A DNA stretch of 62,295 nt from an uncultured archaeon (GTDB taxonomy: Archaea > Altiarchaeota > Altiarchaeia > IMC4 > QMZM01): the NCBI GenBank assembly GCA_965602195.1, contig CBFCYF010000002.1, forward strand, positions 1-62,295. The letters run 5' to 3'. The notes beneath the pieces are model-generated. The model was not told the origin of the DNA, did no database searches, and saw nothing but the letters and a program-made list of their open reading frames with translations. Both the position numbers and the translations under genes were made by a program. Within the stretch, counting starts at the first letter, position 1. Every line of letters begins with the position of its first letter. This document shows positions 17,970 through 27,669 of this stretch, piece by piece.

Positions 17970-18548
17970 ATGAAAAGATTCAGACTTATTGTTGACGGGG
18001 ATGTAACTGGTGTTAGATATAGAGATTATGTGCAAAAAACAGCGTTAAAGCACAAACTTCACGGATCTGTTGAAAACATGAAGGACCGAACAGTGGAGAT
18101 AATCTGTGAGGGGGGAGACAAGAACATTCACAACTTCATCGAAGAACTAAAGGATGCTGAGGGGGAAGGGAGATGGCATATTGAAGGCTATCCTAATGCT
18201 GAGGTGAATAAAGTCCAGGCCATAGAAGAGAAGTCAACAGGTAAATTCACAACATTTGAAATAAAACATGGCAGCATGGAAGAGGAACTAGGTGACCAGA
18301 TGGGTGCGTCATACAATATTCTGCTCGATTACGCTTCATCTATAAGAAAAATAGATGAAAAATATGGCGTCATATCTGTAAACATGGAGGCGTCAGCCAA
18401 GGCAATAACATTACTCAGTGGGACATTAACAAAACTTAACACCACTCTTGAGGATGATAGGAAAGCTATGAAGTCTGACCGGGAGATGATGAAAAACCTA
18501 GCTGAGAAGATAGAGAAAAGCATAGCGGCCCTTTCTAGTAGAAAGTAA
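17970..18548 (+). CDS. Acylphosphatase-like domain protein with a coiled-coil C-terminus
   Basis: N-terminal RLIVDGDVTGVRYRDYVQKTALKHKLHGSVENMKDRTVEIICEG resembles the acylphosphatase fold motif (V.G.VQGV.FR...A..LGL.G.V.N..DG.VE). Confidence 0.5.
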   Translation: MKRFRLIVDGDVTGVRYRDYVQKTALKHKLHGSVENMKDRTVEIICEGGDKNIHNFIEELKDAEGEGRWHIEGYPNAEVNKVQAIEEKSTGKFTTFEIKHGSMEEELGDQMGASYNILLDYASSIRKIDEKYGVISVNMEASAKAITLLSGTLTKLNTTLEDDRKAMKSDREMMKNLAEKIEKSIAALSSRK

Positions 18549-18614
18549 TATCGTATTTCTCCTCCTCCAGCTCCAAGATTGCCTCCTTTCAGTCAGAAGT
18601 ATCCGCTGAATCAA

Positions 18615-19556
18615 TGTACTATCCCCCCACATATGTTACACTTTTGATTTTGAGTGTAAATAAGTATGAGGTGGGTTAGTATGAAGCTTTCAGTAAAACA
18701 GAGGTTTTGGATTGTTAAGCGGCGCTTGCAGGGGGTGAGTGTCGTTTTTATCTGCCGGCAGGCAGGGATTAGTAGGCGTACCTTTTATTATTACTGGCTT
18801 AGGTTCCAGCGTGAGGGGTGGAAGGGTCTTGGAATAAAGTCCCGCAGGCCTCATACGATCCATCGGACACCCCAGGAGACGGTTGATTTAGTAATTGAGT
18901 TGCGTGAAACCAAGGGGTGGGGCCCTTCAAGGATTGAAGGATACTTACATCAGAACAAACCGGAAGGGGTTAAGTTGGTTGGCCACAACACGATATATAG
19001 AATCATCAAGCAGGCAGGTCTTAACAACCCACTTGATAAGCCCCGGAAGACTTGGGGTAAAAAACGTTTCCAGAGAAGCAAACCAAACGAGATGTGGCAG
19101 GCAGACTGGAAGCTTACAAGAGAAGATGAATGGATGATTACCTATCTAGATGACTATAGTCGGTTCATACCCTCAAGCCAGGTGTTTGAAAATGCAAACA
19201 CAGAGAATGCACTAGCTGTGCTGGAGGAAGCAATGGATGAACACGGCACACCCAAGCAGATACTAACCGATCAGGGAGCTCAGTTCTACACCTGGCAGGA
19301 AGATGGAAAAACCAAATTCACAAAATACCTGGAACGCAAGGATATACAGCACATAGTAGCAAGCAAGAGAAGACCAACAACGATAGGTAAAGTGGAGCGC
19401 TTCCACAGATCTTATGAAGAAGAAGCTTGGCGATACTCTAACCATGGGATGTACATACAACATTACAACTACGAACGTCCACATCAGGCGTTAGATTATT
19501 TAACGCCTGCAGGCGTATATTTTAAAGAAGTGTAACATATCTCAGGGGATAGTACA
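18615..19556 (+). mobile_element. IS481-family insertion sequence (942 bp)
   Basis: 12-bp perfect terminal inverted repeats TGTACTATCCCC (18615-18626 and 19545-19556) starting with TGT; a single HTH+rve transposase ORF; flanked by a 16-bp direct duplication gtatccgctgaatcaa (18599-18614 and 19557-19572). Confidence 0.8.
18666..19535 (+). CDS. IS481-family transposase (HTH plus DDE integrase core)
   Basis: N-terminal HTH (GISRRTFYYYWLRF); DDE residues in WQADW, YLDDYSR and KVERFHRS. Confidence 0.8.
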   Translation: MRWVSMKLSVKQRFWIVKRRLQGVSVVFICRQAGISRRTFYYYWLRFQREGWKGLGIKSRRPHTIHRTPQETVDLVIELRETKGWGPSRIEGYLHQNKPEGVKLVGHNTIYRIIKQAGLNNPLDKPRKTWGKKRFQRSKPNEMWQADWKLTREDEWMITYLDDYSRFIPSSQVFENANTENALAVLEEAMDEHGTPKQILTDQGAQFYTWQEDGKTKFTKYLERKDIQHIVASKRRPTTIGKVERFHRSYEEEAWRYSNHGMYIQHYNYERPHQALDYLTPAGVYFKEV

Positions 19557-19635
19557 GTATCCGCTGAATCAAATCAAATATTTATATATCTGTCGCCCCA
19601 TTATTCTATGGACATAATTAATTTTCAGAATAGAG

Positions 19636-20331
19636 GTGATTAAAAAAAAAATGGAGTATAAGATAAGAGGAACAACCCTACAGGTTGCGGACATCGAATT
19701 AGAAGAAGGAGAATCAGTATACACTGAATCCGGAGGCATGGCATGGATGTCCCCCAACATCAACATGGAAACCAACACCAAAGGAGGACTCATGAAAGGC
19801 CTGGGAAGAATGTTTGCAGGAGAATCACTATTCATGACCACCTACACCTGCAACAGCGGCACCGCTATGATCTCCTTCGCCAACGAATTCCCAGGAAAAA
19901 TAATCCCTATGGAACTAGCTGAAGGAGAAACCATCATCGCCCAAAGAGACGCCTTCATGTGCGCCCAATCATCCGTAAACCTCGCCGTACACTTCAGAAA
20001 AAAAATAGGGGCAGGACTATTCGGAGGAGAAGGCTTCATCATGCAGAAACTAACCGGGCCCGGAATGGTGTTCATCGAACTAGCAGGAGAAGTCACAAAA
20101 TACAACCTCGAAGAAGGCCAAGTACTGAAAGTAGACCCCGGACACATAGGAGTATTCCAGCCCACAGTAGAATTCGACATAACAAGAGTGAAAGGAATGA
20201 AAAACATCCTATTCGGAGGAGAAGGACTATTCCTTGCAACACTCAAAGGCCCCGGCAACGTATGGCTACAATCCATGCCCATCCCCAACCTAGCAGCAAG
20301 AATAGCTAGATTCATACCCGCAAAAGGATAA
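19636..20331 (+). CDS. AIM24/DUF124 (TIGR00266) family protein
   Basis: Repeated GEGLF/GPG...V.L motifs and a length of about 230 aa are typical of DUF124. Confidence 0.45.
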   Translation: MIKKKMEYKIRGTTLQVADIELEEGESVYTESGGMAWMSPNINMETNTKGGLMKGLGRMFAGESLFMTTYTCNSGTAMISFANEFPGKIIPMELAEGETIIAQRDAFMCAQSSVNLAVHFRKKIGAGLFGGEGFIMQKLTGPGMVFIELAGEVTKYNLEEGQVLKVDPGHIGVFQPTVEFDITRVKGMKNILFGGEGLFLATLKGPGNVWLQSMPIPNLAARIARFIPAKG

Positions 20332-20340
20332 AACATAGAC

Positions 20341-20583
20341 ATGGATATCCTAAGCACAGCGGCGGCGATACTGGCCGCCCTATTCCTTCTTATATTCCTG
20401 CTGGGAATCCTCGCCGCCCTATTCACGCCGGTGATGAGCCTAATAACCCTCCTACTAGATCTCATACTGCCCCCAATAGCATCACTCTACTACAAAATCT
20501 TTAAGAAAGAAGATGATACAGGAAAAAAGCAAGGACCTAAAGCAACAAATTACTCAATAAAACAGGGAGAGGAAATCAAATAA
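20341..20583 (+). CDS. Small membrane protein
   Basis: Two hydrophobic helices; begins 10 nt after the AIM24-like gene. Confidence 0.4.
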   Translation: MDILSTAAAILAALFLLIFLLGILAALFTPVMSLITLLLDLILPPIASLYYKIFKKEDDTGKKQGPKATNYSIKQGEEIK

Positions 20584-21522
20584 TTACTCCCCACTCAACC
20601 TCTTCCACAACGCAGATGCCATGAAGGGCAGAATTAATGTAGCATCACCGTCCACTGTTACGAATTTAGCATCCTCCTTCAGTTTACCCCAGGAAATGGC
20701 CTCACTCATCCTGGCCCCCGATAAACTACCGTCATACTCGGATGCTGTAGTAACATACACGGAGTAATCCAGGCCTTCATTAAACTGATTCCACCAGATG
20801 GTGTGGTGCTTGGAGATCCCGCCCCCCACCATAAGGGCGCCCGTCTTATCCGCCCCGAACACGATATCTGCAAGCCTCTGCTCATCAAGGAACAGGTTAA
20901 TCTTGAAATCCCTGTGGGTCTGCCAGAAAAGCCACAGCTGGAAGCCAACCGACCCATCAAACATCCCCGGAATAAACACTGGAATCTGATTCTTCCACGA
21001 CCAGTATATTATCGATTCCTCCCGCCTCTCCACATCCCCAAGCATCCTGCCAATCTCCCATACAAGCTCATACCCTGAAACCTCCTTTCTCTTAGAGTAG
21101 ATATCCAACAACATAGGCTGTATCTTCTCCTCAAGGATGATGCCGTAGGACTCATTCGGGATCAGGACGTTGCCAAGCCTGTTAATCCCCCTCCCATGCA
21201 GGTCCCGGTCATCCATAGAAAAGCTTCCATGATAATAATCCTTCCACAACCTAGCCAGATCATGATCAAGTGTCCCTGCGGTTGTTACCACCACATCAAA
21301 CAGTTTCTCCTTCACAAGATCCCTGATAATCCCCCGGGTCCCTGTGGCTGTGATGCAGGCTGGGAAAGAAAGAAATTTCACGCACCCCTCCGCCTGCATT
21401 TTCTCAAGAATATCAACTCCCCGAGCCAGCTTCCTGGCAGTGAAGCCACCACAATAGCTCATATTCCTCACCAGGGCGTCTACCTCGTTCTCTTCCATGG
21501 AGAGGTCTTTAACTGGATCCAT
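20584..21522 (-). CDS. dys: Deoxyhypusine synthase
   Basis: YWSWKNQIPVFIPGMFDGSVG, GGGISKHHTIW and EYDGSLSGARMSEAISWGKLK match eukaryotic/archaeal DHS. Confidence 0.85.
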   Translation of the reverse strand: MDPVKDLSMEENEVDALVRNMSYCGGFTARKLARGVDILEKMQAEGCVKFLSFPACITATGTRGIIRDLVKEKLFDVVVTTAGTLDHDLARLWKDYYHGSFSMDDRDLHGRGINRLGNVLIPNESYGIILEEKIQPMLLDIYSKRKEVSGYELVWEIGRMLGDVERREESIIYWSWKNQIPVFIPGMFDGSVGFQLWLFWQTHRDFKINLFLDEQRLADIVFGADKTGALMVGGGISKHHTIWWNQFNEGLDYSVYVTTASEYDGSLSGARMSEAISWGKLKEDAKFVTVDGDATLILPFMASALWKRLSGE

Positions 21523-22786
21523 TATCAGAGTTCTCTATCGCTACCTCATCCACCACAGGCTGAAACATGAAATATTTCTCCACATACTTTTTCATCTCAT
21601 CATCTGAGATACAGGATGTTCTCCCCTCCTTATCATAGAGTTTATGGATGTCTCTGTGTATGGCAGTAATCCTCGAGTCTCTCTTATCTATGCTCACCTT
21701 TATCCCCATCAATTTCTCTGCCACCTCCTCCACCCTCTTCATTATAACCGCCGTTCCAGATGAATCCCCCACCATCAATTTCCTCTCACCCCCCACCAAT
21801 TCCGGGGGAAATGACTCGTAGGTGAAGGGGTTTTTAATCACGCCTGCCGTATGGATTCCGGATTCATGAGCGAAAATGAAGTCACCAACAACAGCCTTAT
21901 TTCTGGGGACATGGACTCTCACCTCCTTCTCCATATATCTTGCGAATTCCACCAGATACTCGAGATTGTATCTCCTGAAACCCTTAACTCTCTGAGCGAA
22001 AAACAATAGTATCTTCTCCAGTTCAGCGTTCCCCGCCCGCTCCCCTATCCCGAGAAAGGTTAGGTTAGACCAGTTGGCTCCATGCCAGTAAGCAGAAAGT
22101 GAATTAGCAATCCCCAGACCAAAGTCGTCGTGGACATGGGTTTCTATATTCCTGACATTGATTTTCTTCAGTTCCTGCACAATCCGTGGAATCCCATAGG
22201 GGAGGCCGGCTTCATTAAATGGGACGCCCAGGCCCAGTGTATCACATAATCTGATAACCGCATCAGGGGATCTCTCCATGATTTTCTCGGTGAATGGAAG
22301 GAGAAAATCAAAGTCTGCTCTTGTCATATCCTCAAGATGGCATCTCACCCTTAAACCATGGTCTAAGGCGTAATCCAGTGCCTTCAGGTATCTGCTTTCT
22401 GCTTCCTCTGCGTTTTTGAAGCCTATTTTGTCGAACATATGGGAGTCTGATACCGACATAAGTATTCCGGTTTCCTCCATCCCGTCCATCGCAAGCACCA
22501 AGTCGATGTCTTCCTCCCTGGCTCTGGCCCACCCAGTTACCTCAGGGAACTCATATCCTCTATCCAGCATCTCCCTAGCCACCAGCTTGTCTCTGTCGTT
22601 GTAGAGAAAGCACTCCATCTTCTCGATCCCTATCTTACTCAGGTATTCATAGATCTCCAGTTTGTTTCTCCTGGTCATCACAATACCTGGCATCTGGGCT
22701 CCATCCCTGATGGTGCTGTCTGATACCTTTATCTTTTGACCCTGTGGCAATTCCAGCTTCGGCATCTCCTCATAGCTTCGATACAT
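21509..22786 (-). CDS. HMGL-like (DRE-TIM metallolyase) enzyme; isopropylmalate/homocitrate/citramalate synthase family
   Basis: DSTIRDGAQ (compare DTTLRDGEQ), HxH metal motif HVHDDFGLGIANSL, and GERAGNA. Confidence 0.6.
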   Translation of the reverse strand: MYRSYEEMPKLELPQGQKIKVSDSTIRDGAQMPGIVMTRRNKLEIYEYLSKIGIEKMECFLYNDRDKLVAREMLDRGYEFPEVTGWARAREEDIDLVLAMDGMEETGILMSVSDSHMFDKIGFKNAEEAESRYLKALDYALDHGLRVRCHLEDMTRADFDFLLPFTEKIMERSPDAVIRLCDTLGLGVPFNEAGLPYGIPRIVQELKKINVRNIETHVHDDFGLGIANSLSAYWHGANWSNLTFLGIGERAGNAELEKILLFFAQRVKGFRRYNLEYLVEFARYMEKEVRVHVPRNKAVVGDFIFAHESGIHTAGVIKNPFTYESFPPELVGGERKLMVGDSSGTAVIMKRVEEVAEKLMGIKVSIDKRDSRITAIHRDIHKLYDKEGRTSCISDDEMKKYVEKYFMFQPVVDEVAIENSDNGSS

Positions 22787-22835
22787 TTTCAGTTAAACCA
22801 ATATATATTCGAATCCAAGTTGAAAAATGAGTTGA

Positions 22836-23714
22836 TCATCTCCTCATCCTGCCGCCTATGATGTCGACGAAGGAATCGAAGAGGGGGGCGTCGGTTCTCA
22901 CAGAAAAAAAATCCACTCCCGCTTCGTTACAGATTCCCTGGATACTGGAGATGTGATCCTCCAGCCTCCTCCTGTATTCCCTCTTGAAAGCAGGGCTCAG
23001 GTAGGTTCTCCTGGAATCAAGGCTCTCCATATCCTCAAAATCTATGTCATCCCCCCACATCAAATCAATCTCGCCCGGATCAAGAACCTGAATAAGAACC
23101 GCCTCCTCCGAGTATCTTGCCACCCTATAAATACCCTCCCTAAGGGAATCAATAGGCTCTATGAAATCAGATATTATCACAATAAATGATCTTGATTTAA
23201 TCATCTTCGTGTACTCCTCAATACACACTGCAAGATTTGTATGGCCTTCCTGCTCTGATCCGTTAAGTACCTCAATCATCCTGAAGAAGTGATTCTTCCC
23301 CTTCCTTGCCGGCATCACCTCCATCACCTTATCTGAATAGAGAGCTGAAGAGAATTTCTCGTAATTATTCAATGCTATATAAGCAAATCCTGCCGCAATA
23401 CTCCCACCGTAATCAAATTTCCTCATCCCCGACGCATAAAAATCCATACTGGCACTGGAATCAATCAGAATCCTTAATATCATATCTTTCTCCTCCTCAA
23501 ATCTCCTGATATAAAGCTTTTCCGTCCTCCCATAAAGCCGCCAGTCAATAGTCTTAAAGTCATCTCCCGGATAGTATCCCCTGTGATCTGATAAATCCGT
23601 GCCCCTTCCCTGCTTTATCGATCTTCTGCTGCCCATATATATGTCTGAAACCCTACGTTTCACCAGGAAATTTAATCTCTTCAACGCTTCCAAGAAGCTG
23701 GAATCAATAGCCAT
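22836..23714 (-). CDS. DUF58 (vWA-like) protein, MoxR partner
   Basis: Immediately downstream of MoxR with a 2-nt gap; typical length and ILIDSSASM vWA-like motif. Confidence 0.6.
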   Translation of the reverse strand: MAIDSSFLEALKRLNFLVKRRVSDIYMGSRRSIKQGRGTDLSDHRGYYPGDDFKTIDWRLYGRTEKLYIRRFEEEKDMILRILIDSSASMDFYASGMRKFDYGGSIAAGFAYIALNNYEKFSSALYSDKVMEVMPARKGKNHFFRMIEVLNGSEQEGHTNLAVCIEEYTKMIKSRSFIVIISDFIEPIDSLREGIYRVARYSEEAVLIQVLDPGEIDLMWGDDIDFEDMESLDSRRTYLSPAFKREYRRRLEDHISSIQGICNEAGVDFFSVRTDAPLFDSFVDIIGGRMRR

Positions 23715-23715
23715 C

Positions 23716-24741
23716 CTATTTCTTCTTTATGATTCTCTCAATAACCTCGTCAGCAGAAATCCCCCTCCTCTCAGACTCAAAGTTCAGGATAATCCTATGT
23801 CTCAGGACCGGGAAAGACATCGCATTTATGTCCTCCTTCGTCACATAATTCCTTCCGTTGATTAACGCCCTGGCCTTACTTGCCATAACAAGACCTATGG
23901 ATGCTCTGGGTGAAGCACCGTAATCCAGATACATTTTAGCAATTTTACTATTTTTGGGTCTGGTTTTGGTTATTATATCTATGGCATAATTCTTGTTATC
24001 ATTGGATATGGGCATCTTCCTTATCAATTCCTGGATTGCGAGCAGATCATCCCTGCCCATGATTTCCTCAGTATCCGGAAATTTTTCTCCGGTGTAGAGA
24101 TCAACGATCTTATATTCATCATCCCTTGTGGGGTAATTAATGATGATCTTCAGGAGGAACCTATCTAACTGTGCCTCCGGCAGCGGATATGTTCCCTCCA
24201 TCTCAATTGGATTCTGGGTAGCTAGGACAAAGAATGGTTTATCCAGTTGATGAGTGGATGTTCCTATCGAGACCTGTCTTTCCTGCATGGCCTCCAATAA
24301 AGCTGATTGGGTTTTGGGTGTCGCCCTGTTGATCTCGTCTGCAAGAAGGATGTTGGTGAATACAGGACCCTTCTCAAACTTGAAGAACTTCTTCCCGTCT
24401 TTCTCCTCAACGATGTATGTTCCGGTAATATCCGAGGGCATCAGGTCTGGTGTGCATTGTATCCTCTTAAACCTGAGATCCATTATACCTGCCAGGGTAC
24501 TTACCATAAGGGTTTTTCCAAGACCCGGGAATCCCTCCAATAGGATATGGTTTCCAGTGAACACGGCGACGAGAATCTGCTCAATAACATCATCCTGTCC
24601 CACAACCACTTTACCTATCTCATGGACGATACCTCTGTAGATATCCTTCATCTTAGGATAGATATCTTTCAAATCTTTATCCGCCTCATCATCTTTTTTT
24701 ATCTTCTCTATATGACCCCAAATACTTTCCCCTATTTTCAT
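23716..24741 (-). CDS. MoxR-family AAA+ ATPase
   Basis: Walker A LLEGFPGLGKT; Walker B LLADEINRA. Confidence 0.85.
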   Translation of the reverse strand: MKIGESIWGHIEKIKKDDEADKDLKDIYPKMKDIYRGIVHEIGKVVVGQDDVIEQILVAVFTGNHILLEGFPGLGKTLMVSTLAGIMDLRFKRIQCTPDLMPSDITGTYIVEEKDGKKFFKFEKGPVFTNILLADEINRATPKTQSALLEAMQERQVSIGTSTHQLDKPFFVLATQNPIEMEGTYPLPEAQLDRFLLKIIINYPTRDDEYKIVDLYTGEKFPDTEEIMGRDDLLAIQELIRKMPISNDNKNYAIDIITKTRPKNSKIAKMYLDYGASPRASIGLVMASKARALINGRNYVTKEDINAMSFPVLRHRIILNFESERRGISADEVIERIIKKK

Positions 24742-24746
24742 TTTTT

Positions 24747-25652
24747 TTACTTCTCCAATACCTTCTGTAGCGATTCAAAATATGTTCTTATTAACTCCCG
24801 GTACTCCACAGGTTCTTGTTCGGGAGTCTCATAACCTTTACCCTCAACCTGCGGAAATTCCTTATCTACCTTCTTAAAGGTGGACTCCTTTATGTCGATC
24901 CTGCCTCCATACTCCGGGTGCATCTCCATCTTAATATCCTGCCCGGATATCTTTGCAGAAGATGGTTCCCCGAATATCTCAGGATCTGGGGAAGCTCCGG
25001 CTCCACCTCCTTTATCTGTTTGTGGCCCCTCGTTCATCCCAGGCTCCTCACCCCCCCCCTCACCGCCTACTTTCTCCTCCTCCTCTCCGGTGCTATAATT
25101 TCCCACATCAAACTCCTCCGTCCCCCACTTATCTCCGTTTGTAATTGTGGGAATACGTTCCTTGATGGAATCCCAGATATTACCGTCCAACTCTAAACCA
25201 AGAATAAATCCCTCAAAAGCTAGGATGTCCATGCCCACAATAGTGAATGTGAGAAAAACAATTATGAAGCTTTTCACCACAAATCTCTTAGTAGCTAAGA
25301 ATGAGGAGTATCTAATCTTATCTATACGTTTGCCCACATCAGAGGTTAAATCCTTGATTATTACATTCGTCCTCCCCCTGTTGTCGTAGGCTGTCTGAAG
25401 TCTCTCATCCAGGGAGGGATATTCCTTCACTACTATCTCTATCACCTGTCTGTTATGAACCCTGTAAAGCGCGTGAGCGATGAGATACAAAACGGAGGGG
25501 GCAAGTGAGTAGTATGCGGGGACTTCAAGGAGTTCCAGGACTATGAATAAGGCAAGGAAGACTATTATAGCATTCACAATCACCTCAAATACATGTATCT
25601 CCCAGCAGGCCTTCCCTATCTCTGTAAGTTTCCTGGTCACCGAATTTTTCAC
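24747..25652 (-). CDS. Membrane protein with a Gly/Glu-rich C-terminal tail (MoxR operon)
   Basis: Four TM helices and an acidic low-complexity tail. Confidence 0.5.
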   Translation of the reverse strand: MKNSVTRKLTEIGKACWEIHVFEVIVNAIIVFLALFIVLELLEVPAYYSLAPSVLYLIAHALYRVHNRQVIEIVVKEYPSLDERLQTAYDNRGRTNVIIKDLTSDVGKRIDKIRYSSFLATKRFVVKSFIIVFLTFTIVGMDILAFEGFILGLELDGNIWDSIKERIPTITNGDKWGTEEFDVGNYSTGEEEEKVGGEGGGEEPGMNEGPQTDKGGGAGASPDPEIFGEPSSAKISGQDIKMEMHPEYGGRIDIKESTFKKVDKEFPQVEGKGYETPEQEPVEYRELIRTYFESLQKVLEK

Positions 25653-25653
25653 A

Positions 25654-26382
25654 TCACACCTTCCTCAACTCACTTATTTTTTCGATTATGGAGTCTATTA
25701 TTGCCTCCAGAGCATCAACATTATCTTTTAAATCACCAAACTCTTCCTCCAACTCCTCCAAGTTATCTAGAGCGCTGGAGGAGCGATTTTGATTGATGCA
25801 CTCTTCTATCTCACTGATACTATCATTGCAGTTTTCTATATTCTCATATATCCCGTCTTTATCATCATGTAATCTATCGTGTGCGGAGTCAGAATACGTG
25901 CGCAGTTTACCCCCAATATTCTTCAATTTCACGACGTCGTTCTTGACCTCTTTCAGCTCAATCTCCTTCAGTTCTTTATCCTTTTCGCACACCCCCAACT
26001 CTTGTTCGCTATTGGAATATTTCAGCTCATATTCATCTCTCTCATCTCTCGTTTTTGAGAGACTCTCACCTAAAGCTTCCTTCTCCCCCCTCACATCCTC
26101 ATAGTAATCCCCTAAAGAGGAGGCCTTCTGCTTAGAGAGGTTCAGTTCATTAATAATATCCAGTAAAATCTGCTCTTTTTTCTGTAATTCCGCACTCTTG
26201 GTTTCTACTTCACTGATGGTATTGTTTAATCTATCTCTTGTCTCCTCCATCTCATCCAACACTGTGCGGTGCTTCAGACCTAAATTCTCATAGGTTTCCT
26301 GGTAGTAAAATGCCATCCCCACCATACTCATCAGGAGGGTGATCAACAAACCCAGGAGTATGAAATTCACATCCCTTTTCAT
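25654..26382 (-). CDS. N-terminally anchored coiled-coil protein (MoxR operon)
   Basis: One TM helix followed by about 200 aa of heptad-rich sequence. Confidence 0.5.
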   Translation of the reverse strand: MKRDVNFILLGLLITLLMSMVGMAFYYQETYENLGLKHRTVLDEMEETRDRLNNTISEVETKSAELQKKEQILLDIINELNLSKQKASSLGDYYEDVRGEKEALGESLSKTRDERDEYELKYSNSEQELGVCEKDKELKEIELKEVKNDVVKLKNIGGKLRTYSDSAHDRLHDDKDGIYENIENCNDSISEIEECINQNRSSSALDNLEELEEEFGDLKDNVDALEAIIDSIIEKISELRKV

Positions 26383-26427
26383 TTTAGTATACCATTACTT
26401 ATTTTGTAGTTCATCTAATTATTTATT

Positions 26428-27231
26428 ATGCCCTCAAAAGCCAAGGTTGGGGATTATATGACTGAGAAGGTCCACTCCATCAGCTATAATGCCACCATCG
26501 AGGAGGCTATAACTGGTTTCCTTGACTCCACCCACCAGAATTTTCCTGTGGTAAGGAGCGGCAATCTGGTTGGAATAATCACGGCAAAGGATTTACTCAG
26601 GAATTATAATAACCCTAAAAAGAGGGTGAAGGATATCCTGAAAAGAAAACTGGCGGTTGCAAGACCCGATCTCGGCTTAGATGATGCGGCCAGAATCCTC
26701 TTCAGATACGGGTATAATAAATTGCCGGTGGTTAACGGAAACGGTAAATTGGTGGGGATTATCTCCAACGCCGATATCCTGAGATCACACATAGAGAGGG
26801 TAACCCCCCGGAAGGTAAAGACGGTTAGGCGTCTAATTGAGTCCGAGCACGGGGTGAGGATTGAGGTAATGAGATACTCTGTTCCTGTAAGCAAATTACA
26901 TCCAACCCAGGATAAGATATACGCTGATGAGCTCGAGGGCAGGGAATATGAATTAAAGAGGGGGTTGGCTGAGCCAATCATAGTAGTGAAGAGAAGAAAC
27001 CGCTACATATTAGTTGATGGGCATCATAGGGCGGTTGCAGCGAAAAATCTTGGTATTGATGAGTTAATGGCTCATGTACTTAAGTTCGACGGTGCAGGGG
27101 AGTTGGGGATGGAAAAATCTGCCAGAGAAAAAAACCTCATAACCTTAGATGATATAAAGATAATAGATTATGCCCAGCATCCTCTGGTTGAGATAACCAC
27201 AAAGTTGATTAAGAGAAGAGATCTGGAGTAG
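26428..27231 (+). CDS. CBS-pair plus ParB/Srx-like nuclease domain fusion protein
   Basis: Two CBS motifs (NFPVV, KLPVV) followed by a ParB-type YILVDGHHRAVAAKNLG. Confidence 0.65.
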   Translation: MPSKAKVGDYMTEKVHSISYNATIEEAITGFLDSTHQNFPVVRSGNLVGIITAKDLLRNYNNPKKRVKDILKRKLAVARPDLGLDDAARILFRYGYNKLPVVNGNGKLVGIISNADILRSHIERVTPRKVKTVRRLIESEHGVRIEVMRYSVPVSKLHPTQDKIYADELEGREYELKRGLAEPIIVVKRRNRYILVDGHHRAVAAKNLGIDELMAHVLKFDGAGELGMEKSAREKNLITLDDIKIIDYAQHPLVEITTKLIKRRDLE

Positions 27232-27290
27232 ACAAGAAATCCGCTTTTAAAACAAAAAATCTAAGATATTAACCCTCATTTTTTCAGAAG

Positions 27291-27668
27291 ATGAATCTAC
27301 TAAAATTTAGGCAGGGATATAAGGAGTGGGAGATATCCTATAATGTTGAACTTGATTTTGAATACACCGCTGATCTGGAAAAAAAGATAACCCACATAGT
27401 ACTGCATCAACTATCCCCCAAAAGGAGTGTCAGGATTCCCTGGGGGATATTCCAACCTTATCTATGTGGAAAGGAGGGGGTTTATGTTGATGCCTCCGGT
27501 CTGAGGATTAAGTCGGCTGCCGGGAAAATAGAGGTCTCTGATTCCAGGTTTCTTAATATAAAAATACATGAGGATCAGAGAAAAGCTATTATGGTGGCTG
27601 AGAAGAGGGCAGTGGAGAATATCTCCACATCCGTGGAGAATATACTGACGAGATTTACGGGGAGGTAG
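27291..27668 (+). CDS. Hypothetical protein
   Basis: ORF only; abuts the next gene. Confidence 0.35.
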   Translation: MNLLKFRQGYKEWEISYNVELDFEYTADLEKKITHIVLHQLSPKRSVRIPWGIFQPYLCGKEGVYVDASGLRIKSAAGKIEVSDSRFLNIKIHEDQRKAIMVAEKRAVENISTSVENILTRFTGR

Positions 27669-27669
27669 T

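Noticed and set aside
19842-20465. 207-aa minus-strand ORF overlapping the AIM24/DUF124 gene
   Set aside because: Its translation is Arg/Ser-rich and low complexity, and it fully overlaps a plus-strand ORF with recognisable family motifs.
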